Shown here: positions 1 to 7,605 of the stretch, one piece after another
Layout of the letters: each line of letters opens with the position of its first letter
How positions within the stretch are numbered: position 1 is the first letter of the stretch
NCBI GenBank assembly: GCA_038209745.1
Contig: JBBQXJ010000087.1
Location: 1 to 19,620, forward strand
DNA: 19,620 nucleotides
Direction: 5' to 3'
DNA from: Verrucomicrobiota bacterium
Lineage (GTDB): Bacteria > Verrucomicrobiota > Verrucomicrobiia > Limisphaerales > CANJSG01
Notes under the pieces: model-generated
What the model was told of the DNA's origin: nothing
Databases searched by the model: none
What the model saw: only the letters and a program-made list of their open reading frames with translations
Position numbers and translations under genes: made by a program

Positions 1-213
1 TTCGCCGAAACCTTCAGCCCTGCGGCCCCCGCCCGGCCTCGAAGACCCTGCCGCCTCCGCCCGGCAGCCTCCTTTTTGACCCGCCGTCTTCCAGAAAACC
101 ACGACTCCCTCCAACCAAGCCTTTATTCAGCGCTTCCCTAGATCGGAATTGGTGGGTTTTAAATATTTCGCTCACCGCGTAGATATCCAGCGTCGGCAGG
201 CCTCGACACCTGG

Positions 214-789
214 TCACTCCGCGCCTAGGTCCCGGAGCAGGTCGCCGTAGTGTTCCTCACCGCACTTCGGACAGAAGCCGTGGCTGAACTCCGCAGCGGA
301 GTGCCTGGAAAGATAGGTCTCCAACTGGACCCAACGCCCATTCTTGTCCCGAATGCTTTTGCAAAAGGAACAGATCGGAAGAATTCCCTCCAAAACAGCG
401 ATTCGCCGCCGCTGCTCGCGCGTCTGACGCGCGGTTCGAGTCGTCAAAGAGGCCAGGAGCAAAAGCACTCCGAATTGCATCACACCGTTGATCACCTCGT
501 CCCAAACGCCCCAGTTTTCCTGCCATCGGTAGGGGAAGCACACGCGGCATGCCGAGAGAACAAACGCCCAGGCAGCGGCCCAACGAACCCCGCGGTACCA
601 AGCCACCAGGAGCACGGGGATTATGAAAAAGACCGGGAAGACGATGTAGGGCCCGCTTACATAGTCGAGGACGAGAAACAATGCCCCGAGCCCAAACCAG
701 AACACCGGAAGCGACCACGGCTCCGTCTCAAAGACAAACTTCTCGTTTGCAGACACCTTGTCGGGCTGCTCGGATTTGCTGTGAGACAT
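214..789 (-). CDS. Membrane protein (about 4 TM helices, sensor-like) with C-terminal Cys/His module (LPICSFCKSIRD...W..LE.Y...HS...FSHGFCPKC)
   Basis: Part of ORF 214..1053(-). Start moved to the in-frame ATG at 789 (MSHSKSEQ) because the extension overlaps the divergent fumarase gene. Hydrophobic segments are followed by a short coil and a CxxC...HGxCPxC module typical of the C-termini of REC/PAS proteins. Confidence 0.8.
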   Translation of the reverse strand: MSHSKSEQPDKVSANEKFVFETEPWSLPVFWFGLGALFLVLDYVSGPYIVFPVFFIIPVLLVAWYRGVRWAAAWAFVLSACRVCFPYRWQENWGVWDEVINGVMQFGVLLLLASLTTRTARQTREQRRRIAVLEGILPICSFCKSIRDKNGRWVQLETYLSRHSAAEFSHGFCPKCGEEHYGDLLRDLGAE

Positions 790-1003
790 AAGTGACGCGG
801 AAAACGAGACCGAGGTGGATCGCGAGCACTTTGTCAAGCCACCCGACGACAGCCTGTCCCATTGCGACCCGTCGCTCAACCGCGTCGGCTCCTCAGGCCA
901 ACGCCTCACGGAAGGCGTTCGGGTTAGTTTCGGACCCTCGTGGAAGGAGGAGGATTGCTTCAGGAGGACCGGCCGGTTCAATTTCACCCGACACTTTGCT
1001 GCC

Positions 1004-1594
1004 ATGATTCCGCTCCAATTCCCCTTCACCGAAGAAAAGATCCGGGCCCTCAAGGTCGGCGATGAGGTGGCCGTATCCGGCGTGATCTACACCGGCCGCG
1101 ACGCGGTCCACAAATACCTGCACGAAGGCGGCGCGCTGCCACCCGAGGTGAAGCTGCGCGACGGCATCCTCTACCACTGCGGCCCGGTGATGATGAAACA
1201 GCCCGACGGCTCCTACATCTGCACCGCCGCCGGTCCCACCACCTCGATCCGCGAGGAACCCTACCAACGGCAGGTGATCCGCGACCACGGAGTGCGCGCC
1301 GTCATCGGCAAGGGAGGCATGGGCGACATGACGTTGAAGGCGTGTCTCGACTACGGCTGCGTGTATCTGCACGCCGTCGGCGGGGCGGCCCAAGTCTTAG
1401 CGGACTGCATCAAGAAGGTCCGCAACGTCTACATGCTGGAGCAGTTCGGTTCGCCCGAGGCGATCTGGGAGCTGGAGGTGGAGAACTTCCCGGCCGTGGT
1501 CACGATCGATTCCCACGGCAACAGCCTGCACCGCGAGGTCTTCGCCGCCAGCCAAGCGGAGTTGCAGAAGTCTCTCGGGGCGACGGCTCACTGA
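1004..1594 (+). CDS. Fe-S hydro-lyase beta subunit (class I fumarate hydratase / tartrate dehydratase C-terminal domain)
   Basis: Motifs LKVGD.V..SG.IYTGRDAVHK, YHCGP, AAGPTTSIRE, IGKGG, EAIWELEVENFPAVVTIDSHGNSL; ATG at 1004. Confidence 0.93.
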   Translation: MIPLQFPFTEEKIRALKVGDEVAVSGVIYTGRDAVHKYLHEGGALPPEVKLRDGILYHCGPVMMKQPDGSYICTAAGPTTSIREEPYQRQVIRDHGVRAVIGKGGMGDMTLKACLDYGCVYLHAVGGAAQVLADCIKKVRNVYMLEQFGSPEAIWELEVENFPAVVTIDSHGNSLHREVFAASQAELQKSLGATAH

Positions 1595-1601
1595 TTCTTT
1601 G

Positions 1602-1659
1602 ACCGCAGAAAACGCGGAACGGAGACCGGCCCATCGGCGTCATCCGCTTTTTCTGCGGT
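1602..1659. repeat. Intergenic inverted repeat (17-bp arms, 16/17 complementary); REP-like element or bidirectional terminator
   Basis: accgcagaaaacgcgga (1602-1618) versus tccgctttttctgcggt (1643-1659), between convergent genes. Confidence 0.75.
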
Positions 1660-1664
1660 TCAAT

Positions 1665-2366
1665 TCATTCCTCTTGCTCAAGCGGTTTCGGCCGGTCTCC
1701 GAACAGCGCGGTGCCGATCCGCACCAGCGTCGAGCCTTCCTCGATGGCCACTTCGAAGTCGCCGCTCATTCCCATGCTGAGAACCGGGAGCGGCACGCCC
1801 ATCCGTTGCTCGCAGGCTTCTTTGAGTTCGCGAAGGCGACGGAAGAACGGCCGCACATGCTCGGCGACCCGGGTGTAGGGCGCGATGGTCATCAGCCCGT
1901 GAAGCTCCAGGCGCGGGAGTTCGTTGATGGCGTCGAGATCGGCCAGCAACGCTTCGGGCTTATACCCGAACTTTGAGGCTTCACCGGCGACGTTCACCTC
2001 CAGCAGGATCTTCATCGTCTTGGTCTGTTTCTCGGCCGCTTTGTCGATCTCCCGGGCCAGTCCGAGGCTGTCCACGCCCTGGATCATCTCGAAGAGCGCG
2101 ACGGCATCGCGGCATTTGTTCGACTGGAGGTGGCCGATCAGATGCCAACGGAGATGGCCGGGGCTCAGGGGAATCTTAGCCTTCGCCTCCTGCACCCGGT
2201 TTTCACCGAACAAGGTCAACCCGCAGCGTGCGGCCTCGCTCACGGACTCGGGCGGGTGGTTCTTGCTGACCGCCATCAACGCCACGTCGAACGGGCTGCG
2301 GCCCGCACGGTCACAAGCGACGGACAAGCTGGACTGGATGACGGCAAGACGTTCTGAAAACGACAT
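1665..2366 (-). CDS. yggS: YggS/PLPBP pyridoxal-phosphate homeostasis protein
   Basis: Motifs LMAVSKNHP, FGENRVQE, WHLIGHLQSNK, GLMTIAP, LSMGMSGDFEVAIEEGSTLVRIGTALFG; ATG at 2366 (MSFSERL). Confidence 0.96.
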   Translation of the reverse strand: MSFSERLAVIQSSLSVACDRAGRSPFDVALMAVSKNHPPESVSEAARCGLTLFGENRVQEAKAKIPLSPGHLRWHLIGHLQSNKCRDAVALFEMIQGVDSLGLAREIDKAAEKQTKTMKILLEVNVAGEASKFGYKPEALLADLDAINELPRLELHGLMTIAPYTRVAEHVRPFFRRLRELKEACEQRMGVPLPVLSMGMSGDFEVAIEEGSTLVRIGTALFGDRPKPLEQEE

Positions 2367-2380
2367 GCGAACGGTGTAGC

Positions 2381-2419
2381 AGATGCCGGATGCCAGATGC
2401 CAGATGCCAGATGTCGGAT
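2381..2419. repeat. Heptamer tandem repeat (RGATGYC), about 5.5 copies
   Basis: agatgcc ggatgcc agatgcc agatgcc agatgtc ggat, read directly from the sequence. Confidence 0.9.
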
Positions 2420-2846
2420 CGTCCGCGACTGCTTCCTCTGGCGAGATCCGCTTTGGACCCTGCTTCTCGTCGCGATGTTTTGGTCCCCTCGTGCAGCGGT
2501 CATTCTTTGACCGATCTTCTTTTTGCTGGCCGGCGTTCCCTCTTGCACCAAGAGACTTGGACTCTCGGAAACCCAGCTCCTTGCGACGGGCGTCACCCTC
2601 GTGGGTTTCGCGGTCGGCATGGCGCTCAAAACCGGGAACCGGGTTTCTCCGCCATTCCAAAGCGATAAAATGGGCAGGCCGACAAGACTGGGTTCCGCGC
2701 ATTCAGACTGGTTCTACTGCCGCTTATTTGTATTGCCTGCTTGGAGACCGACGCGATGCGACCCTGAAAATTCCAACCGATGGCCACTCATCCCCAACGA
2801 CACGCGACGCGTGACGGTCAAAGGTTTTGCTGGTTCGATCAGGCCC

Positions 2847-3260
2847 ATGAACTACTGGCTGGTGAAGCAGGAGCCTGCGGCCTATGCGTGGGACCAATTC
2901 GTGAAGGACGGGCGGACCGCATGGACGGGGGTCCGAAACTTCCAGGCGCGGAACAATCTGCGGGCGATGAAGACGAACGACCGGGTGCTCTACTACCACA
3001 GCGTCACGGGCAAGGAGATCGTCGGCGTCGCCAAGGTCGCCAAGGAATCCTATCCGGATCCCACGGCAGACGAGGGCGACTGGTCCGTGGTGGACCTTGT
3101 GCCGTTGAAGGCGCTGAAAAAAAGCGTCACCCTGGAAACGATCAAAGCCGACGCGGAGCTGGGAGACATCCCGCTGGTGCGGCAAAGCCGCCTGTCCGTG
3201 ACGCCCATGACGGCGACCCAGTTCACGCGGGTGCTGGAACTGGGAGCCACCCGGATCTGA
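2847..3260 (+). CDS. EVE domain protein (PUA-like)
   Basis: MNYWLVKQEP, WTGVRNFQARNNLRAMK..D.VLYYHS, YPDPT, LVRQSRLSV.P; ATG at 2847. Confidence 0.95.
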   Translation: MNYWLVKQEPAAYAWDQFVKDGRTAWTGVRNFQARNNLRAMKTNDRVLYYHSVTGKEIVGVAKVAKESYPDPTADEGDWSVVDLVPLKALKKSVTLETIKADAELGDIPLVRQSRLSVTPMTATQFTRVLELGATRI

Positions 3261-3305
3261 TCCTTGAACGCCAAAGTCAATTTGCCGATCCAAACCTCCT
3301 CGACC

Positions 3306-4088
3306 ATGAAACAACTTCTCGTCGCCCCGATCCTTTGCCTCCTGCTCGCGGCTTCGTCGTCCGCCCGCGCCGCCGGTTTCGACCACACCTACAAGCGATA
3401 CGCCGAAGTCCTGACGAACTGTGTGAAGGAAGGCCGGATCGACTATCGGCAGTTGTCGCTGAGCCACTCCGATCTTGAGAGGGCGATCAAAGAAATGGCA
3501 CAGGTGACCGAGGCGGAGTTCACCGCCTGGCCGAGGGCCAAGGAGACCGCCTACTGCATCAACCTCTACAACGCCTGCGGGATGATGTTCATCGCCACGA
3601 ACTACCCGACTTCAAACGTCCGCTCGCTCGGAAAAATCACGGAGAGTCCCTGGAAGATGGCCTTCGTGCCGCTGTTCGGAACGAAGGTCTCGCTCGATTT
3701 TCTCCAGCACAACGTCATGAGAAAGCGACTCTTCGAACCCCGCCATCACTTCGCCCTCTTCTTCGGCGCGGCGGGCTATCCTCCCGCCCGTTCCGAACCC
3801 TACCGGCCAAACACCCTGGACACTCAGCTCGATGATCAGGCCCGGCTCTTCCTGAACGACGACAAGAACAACCAGATCGATTTCAAACGGAACGTGATCT
3901 GGCTGTCGCCCCTGTTCAAATGGTTCGGAGAAGACTTCACCAACCGGACCGACATCGCGACCTACGTGCGTCCCTACCTCGGCACCAACACGGCGGCACG
4001 GGTCACGGCGACCCTCAAAGGAGGAGAGGAATTCAAGGTGGACTACAACGACTTCGACTGGTCGATGAACGACACCGGAGGAAAGTGA
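3306..4088 (+). CDS. DUF547 domain secreted protein
   Basis: Signal peptide (MKQLLVAPILCLLLAASSSARA) and DUF547-like motifs INLYNA, EPRHHFAL, LDTQLDDQARLFLND, LSPLFKWFGEDF, YNDFDWSMND. Confidence 0.85.
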   Translation: MKQLLVAPILCLLLAASSSARAAGFDHTYKRYAEVLTNCVKEGRIDYRQLSLSHSDLERAIKEMAQVTEAEFTAWPRAKETAYCINLYNACGMMFIATNYPTSNVRSLGKITESPWKMAFVPLFGTKVSLDFLQHNVMRKRLFEPRHHFALFFGAAGYPPARSEPYRPNTLDTQLDDQARLFLNDDKNNQIDFKRNVIWLSPLFKWFGEDFTNRTDIATYVRPYLGTNTAARVTATLKGGEEFKVDYNDFDWSMNDTGGK

Positions 4089-4104
4089 TTCCTCACGGTT
4101 CGGC

Positions 4105-4767
4105 TCACGGGATCGTGATCCCAGGAATCAGCCGGACGGGGGGGGCTTTCAAAAAAGCGGTCTCCCGCAGGTAGACCGGCTCCAGCACTGCCGCAGGAAC
4201 CGGGTTCGGATGGTGGGCCGCCATGCAGCCCAAGACTCCGGCGTCGGGGAATACGGGCTCGGCCCAGTCCAAGCGGGGCGCGGCTTCTGGGGAGATCCAA
4301 TCGCAGCCGTCCAGCAAAAGTGCCGAGGCCGGTTCAATCTTCAAACCGGCAACGGTTTCCCACCCAGATTCCGCGAGCCCATAAACACCGTGATACAGAT
4401 CGCCGCGCTGCGCATCGACGACCACGTGCACCTTGCCCCTGCGGCCGCGCCGCCATTCTTGCTCGATCATGACCTCCGCGCTGCACAGGCCGACGGACGG
4501 GACTCCGGCAGCCAGTTGCCATCCCTGCGCGAGGGCCAGAGCGATACGGATGCCCGTGTAGGATCCGGGGCCCAGTCCGACCGCCAACCGCGTGATCTGC
4601 CCACGGTCCACGGAGGCTTCCTGCAACGCCGCCTGCACGAGGGCCAATCCCGGAGTGCGCCGCACCTCCTTCACGACCGCACGACCGGCCACGACAGGAT
4701 TCGCGCCCTCCCGGACGACGGCAACGCTGCGGACATCGGACGAAAACTCAAAGGCCAAGGTCCACAT
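4105..4767 (-). CDS. tsaB: tRNA threonylcarbamoyladenosine biosynthesis protein TsaB (YeaZ)
   Basis: AVGLGPGSYTGIRIA, DAQRGDLY, LEPVYLR; ATG at 4767; overlaps the end of tsaE by 20 bp. Confidence 0.93.
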   Translation of the reverse strand: MWTLAFEFSSDVRSVAVVREGANPVVAGRAVVKEVRRTPGLALVQAALQEASVDRGQITRLAVGLGPGSYTGIRIALALAQGWQLAAGVPSVGLCSAEVMIEQEWRRGRRGKVHVVVDAQRGDLYHGVYGLAESGWETVAGLKIEPASALLLDGCDWISPEAAPRLDWAEPVFPDAGVLGCMAAHHPNPVPAAVLEPVYLRETAFLKAPPVRLIPGITIP

Positions 4768-5209
4768 AGCGGATTCTGCGGGTCGTTTCGGTCGGAGCAT
4801 CGATGCGGACCAACCGTGAGCAGCCCGTAATCTTCAGATCGTCGGGAACCGCCAGGGTCGCCGTCCAAGGCCACCATCGCTCGATCCATTCGACGATGGT
4901 GACGCCTTCGGGGCAGACGAGGGAGTTCTCCAATCCAGCGGCGACGATCTGCTCGGGGCCGTCTAGCCGGTAGAGATCGAGATGGGAGACCGGGATCGGC
5001 GTGGTCTGGTATTCGTTGATCAGTCCGTAGGTCGGAGAGCTGATCCGGCCGCCATAGCCCAGCCCGCGTGCAAGTCCCCGAGCCAACTGAGTCTTGCCGG
5101 CCCCCAGATCACCGGACAGTCCCACCAGCCACGAACGTCCGGACAGCGCCATCTCCGCCCCCCAGGCAGCACCGAGCGCCTCCGTTTCCGAAGGCGCCGC
5201 AGTTTCCAA
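4748..5209 (-). CDS. tsaE: tRNA threonylcarbamoyladenosine biosynthesis ATPase TsaE (YjeE)
   Basis: Walker A LSGDLGAGKT, SSPTY, HLDLYRL, IVEW. Start uncertain: TTG at 5209, with an in-frame ATC at 5227. Confidence 0.93.
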   Translation of the reverse strand: METAAPSETEALGAAWGAEMALSGRSWLVGLSGDLGAGKTQLARGLARGLGYGGRISSPTYGLINEYQTTPIPVSHLDLYRLDGPEQIVAAGLENSLVCPEGVTIVEWIERWWPWTATLAVPDDLKITGCSRLVRIDAPTETTRRIRYVDLGL

Positions 5210-5384
5210 TTGGTGGATGTGACCGATCGCGGAGCGTAGTCGCGACCAACACGGCAAGGTCAAGGAGCAGCTTCGGCAGGCATGCACGACGCAACTTCCG
5301 GTTGCACCGGGCCGCAACCTGATTCCATCTTCACCAGACATGAGGGACCAAGACGTGGGCGCGGCAGCGGAACCGAAGCGGAAC

Positions 5385-5912
5385 ATGGATGGATTGAACT
5401 GGTTCTGCATCCGTTCCCAGCCGAAGCACGAACACATCGCGGCCGCACATTTAAAGTCCGCGGGACATGAGGTCTTCCTGCCCCGCATCCGCTACAAAAA
5501 GGCCACCCGCCGCGGTCCGGTCTGGTTCAACGAAGCTCTCTTTCCCAACTACGTCTTCGCCCGTTTCGTCTGGAAGGACAGCCTCGCCGATGTGATGCAC
5601 AGTCGCGGCGTGAGCACGGTCATCCACTTCGGAGAACACTGGCCGATCATCACCGAGACGGAGATAAGCTGTCTCCGCGAGCTGGCGGACGACGCGCATA
5701 TGTTCACGGTGGAAGAGATGTTCAACCCCGGCGAAGAGGTCGCCATCGCCGGCGGCTCGTTCAACGGATTGACCGGCGTGGTGCAGAAGTATCTCCCCAG
5801 CCGCCAACGGGTCGCCATCCTCCTGGAATTCCTCGGCCGGCAAACCCAGGTCGAAATCTCACCCGACCAACTGGTTCGTTCGGACTGCGATCCTCGATCC
5901 AAAGTCATTTGA
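5385..5912 (+). CDS. NusG paralog (RfaH/UpxY-like transcription antiterminator)
   Basis: NGN domain (WFCIRSQPKHE, EVFLP, LFPNYVFARF, RGVSTVIHFG) plus KOW domain (GEEVAIAGGSFNGLTGVV...RVAILLEFLGR). Not in the secE-rplK context. Start at 5385 or 5340. Confidence 0.9.
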   Translation: MDGLNWFCIRSQPKHEHIAAAHLKSAGHEVFLPRIRYKKATRRGPVWFNEALFPNYVFARFVWKDSLADVMHSRGVSTVIHFGEHWPIITETEISCLRELADDAHMFTVEEMFNPGEEVAIAGGSFNGLTGVVQKYLPSRQRVAILLEFLGRQTQVEISPDQLVRSDCDPRSKVI

Positions 5913-6002
5913 TCGGTCTCCAGGCTGTTTTCTGCCCGAGTCAGAAAGGCCATTTCGAGGTGACTGCCGCCGCCAAAATTTCAAATACCCCTCATTCACC
6001 TC

Positions 6003-6030
6003 TTGAGTTCCGGCAATATTGCCTCATTAT
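6003..6030 (+). promoter_or_regulatory. Candidate sigma70-type promoter (TTGAGT-16-CATTAT) with a perfect 12-bp palindrome GGCAATATTGCC in the spacer
   Basis: AT-rich intergenic region upstream of the PEP-CTERM gene; palindrome at 6012-6023. Confidence 0.4.
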
Positions 6031-6080
6031 TGGGCAGTTCGAAACAATCAAATCGACCATCGATCATCCGTTCCAAAAGC

Positions 6081-6719
6081 ATGAAATCGTTTGCAGTCAC
6101 CATCAGTGCCGGAGTTTTGTTCGCGTCAACGGGTCTTGGAGCGACATTGGGAACCTATGAGTTCACTTCTTCCAGCTCCGAGGTCCCAACCGTGGCCAAC
6201 GGAACCTTCGGCGCGGCCACCTTGGTCGGATTGAACAACCTCAGTTCTTCCGGTGTGCTCGGGCTCTCGGGTTTCACCACCGGCAATTCGGATCTTGGAC
6301 AGTTCGTCCAGTTCACCATCAGACCAGATGCTGGCTACACCCTCACCATCAACGGATTCCAGTGGAATTCTTTCCGAAGCTCGGAAGGGCCGACATCCGC
6401 CTATCTACGACTGTTCGCCGGGACCAACCCCGCAAACAACGATCCGGCGTTGAATGCCGCTTTCTACCATCCGACGGAATCGCCCACGCAAATCACCTAC
6501 AATCTGGGCGGCAGCGGGAGATCCAGCGATGACGGTCTTACGCTTCGGATCTATGGCTTCAGCGCCGGGAACCCGTCTGGCACGCTCTCGTTTGAAAATC
6601 TCGCGGTGTTCGGGGCAATCACTGGAAGCAGCATCGTCGTTCCCGAACCCGCCACCGTCTCGCTGGCCCTCGCCGGTCTGGCTCTCTTCGGCCTGAAGCA
6701 CGTTCGTCGAAGCCGCTGA
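6081..6719 (+). CDS. PEP-CTERM sorting domain protein
   Basis: Signal peptide, Ser/Thr/Gly/Asn-rich body, C-terminal VPEPATVSLALAGLALFGLKHVRRSR (PEP, TM helix, basic tail); ATG at 6081. Confidence 0.93.
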   Translation: MKSFAVTISAGVLFASTGLGATLGTYEFTSSSSEVPTVANGTFGAATLVGLNNLSSSGVLGLSGFTTGNSDLGQFVQFTIRPDAGYTLTINGFQWNSFRSSEGPTSAYLRLFAGTNPANNDPALNAAFYHPTESPTQITYNLGGSGRSSDDGLTLRIYGFSAGNPSGTLSFENLAVFGAITGSSIVVPEPATVSLALAGLALFGLKHVRRSR

Positions 6720-6760
6720 CCGCGCTTCCCTTTTCGGGCGGGCACGGCTGAAATCGAGAC

Positions 6761-7354
6761 GTGTTCGCCAGTTCGAATCCTGCCCGGCCCAAGCCCTCCC
6801 GCCTCCGACGGATCGTTCGGCTTCTCTGCTGGAGTCTTGCTGGACCACTGACGCTGGTTCTGGCCGGGCTCTGCTTTCCCCACTGGTTTCTCCAGGTGGA
6901 AACCCGTGCCGAACGAGCCGACGTCATCGTCATTCTCGGCGGAGAACCGGTCGTCCGGGTCGATCGCGCCGTCCAACTCTTTCGGGCCGGAATCGCCCCA
7001 AAAATCATTGTTTCCGGCCAAGGCGACTGCTCCGAGAACATCCGTCAACTATTGGATGCAGGAGTTCCGCGTTCCGCCATCGTGGCGGAACGGACCTCGC
7101 GTTCGACCCTCGAAAACGCACGGAACTGCTCCTCTCTTTTCGTCGATCTCAACGCCAAACGGGTCGTGATCGTCACCTCCTGGTATCATTCCCGACGCGC
7201 CCTAGCCTGCTTCGAACACACGTCGCCGGACCTGCAAATACTTTCGCTTCCTTCCCGGTCCCGAGACGCAACCCCTCGACACTTTATCCTCAACGAATAC
7301 CTGAAGCTCGGCTATTACGCAGTGGAACACGGCGTCTGGCCGGTCGGTCTGTAG
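6761..7354 (+). CDS. YdcF/ElyC-like DUF218 protein
   Basis: N-terminal TM helix, ADVIVILGG, IIVSG, SRSTLENA, IVTSWYHSRRA, EYLK; GTG start. Confidence 0.88.
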   Translation: MFASSNPARPKPSRLRRIVRLLCWSLAGPLTLVLAGLCFPHWFLQVETRAERADVIVILGGEPVVRVDRAVQLFRAGIAPKIIVSGQGDCSENIRQLLDAGVPRSAIVAERTSRSTLENARNCSSLFVDLNAKRVVIVTSWYHSRRALACFEHTSPDLQILSLPSRSRDATPRHFILNEYLKLGYYAVEHGVWPVGL

Positions 7355-7548
7355 AAGATCTCCAGCCACCGTCCCCAGTCTCCACCCGTCCACCAGTCCA
7401 AGCCGGAGCCCCGCTTCATTCCAGTCCCTTAATGTCTCCGTCTCGGTCTCCTCATGAACAACCTCTTGAGCCTCCACAACCAGCGATAGATTTTTTCTGA
7501 CTGCTGACCCGCGACTTAGCGTCGATCAAAGATCCAGTTTCTCCTCTG

Positions 7549-7582
7549 AAAAAGAAACGCGCCAAGCATCGGCTCGGCGCGT
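7549..7582 (-). terminator. Intrinsic terminator of the Gfo/Idh/MocA gene
   Basis: The minus strand reads acgcgccgagc-cgat-gcttggcgcgt then ttcttttt (11-bp stem with one G-U pair), starting 24 nt after the stop codon. Confidence 0.8.
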
Positions 7583-7605
7583 CCCGCTTCGGCTGAATAC
7601 CCGAT

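Noticed and set aside
48..77. Hairpin ctgccg/cggcag with nearby T-run
   Set aside because: Only a 6-bp stem, the T-run is offset by 5 nt, and upstream context is outside the window.
790..1053. Long N-terminal extensions in the ORF track (also for yggS, EVE, tsaE, Nudix, REC-MBL, rsmA, Lrp)
   Set aside because: Artefacts of longest-ORF calling; family-like sequence begins at the downstream starts reported.
2381..2419. Tandem repeats as a possible CRISPR array
   Set aside because: Units are 7 or 14 bp with no spacers, and no cas genes are present.
2847..3260. EVE protein as part of a modification-dependent restriction/defence system
   Set aside because: Stand-alone EVE of the common type, with no nuclease, ATPase or toxin gene nearby.
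7432..7500. 22-codon ORF MSPSRSPHEQPLEPPQPAIDFF after DUF218
   Set aside because: Too short and unsupported; could be a remnant but cannot be distinguished from chance.
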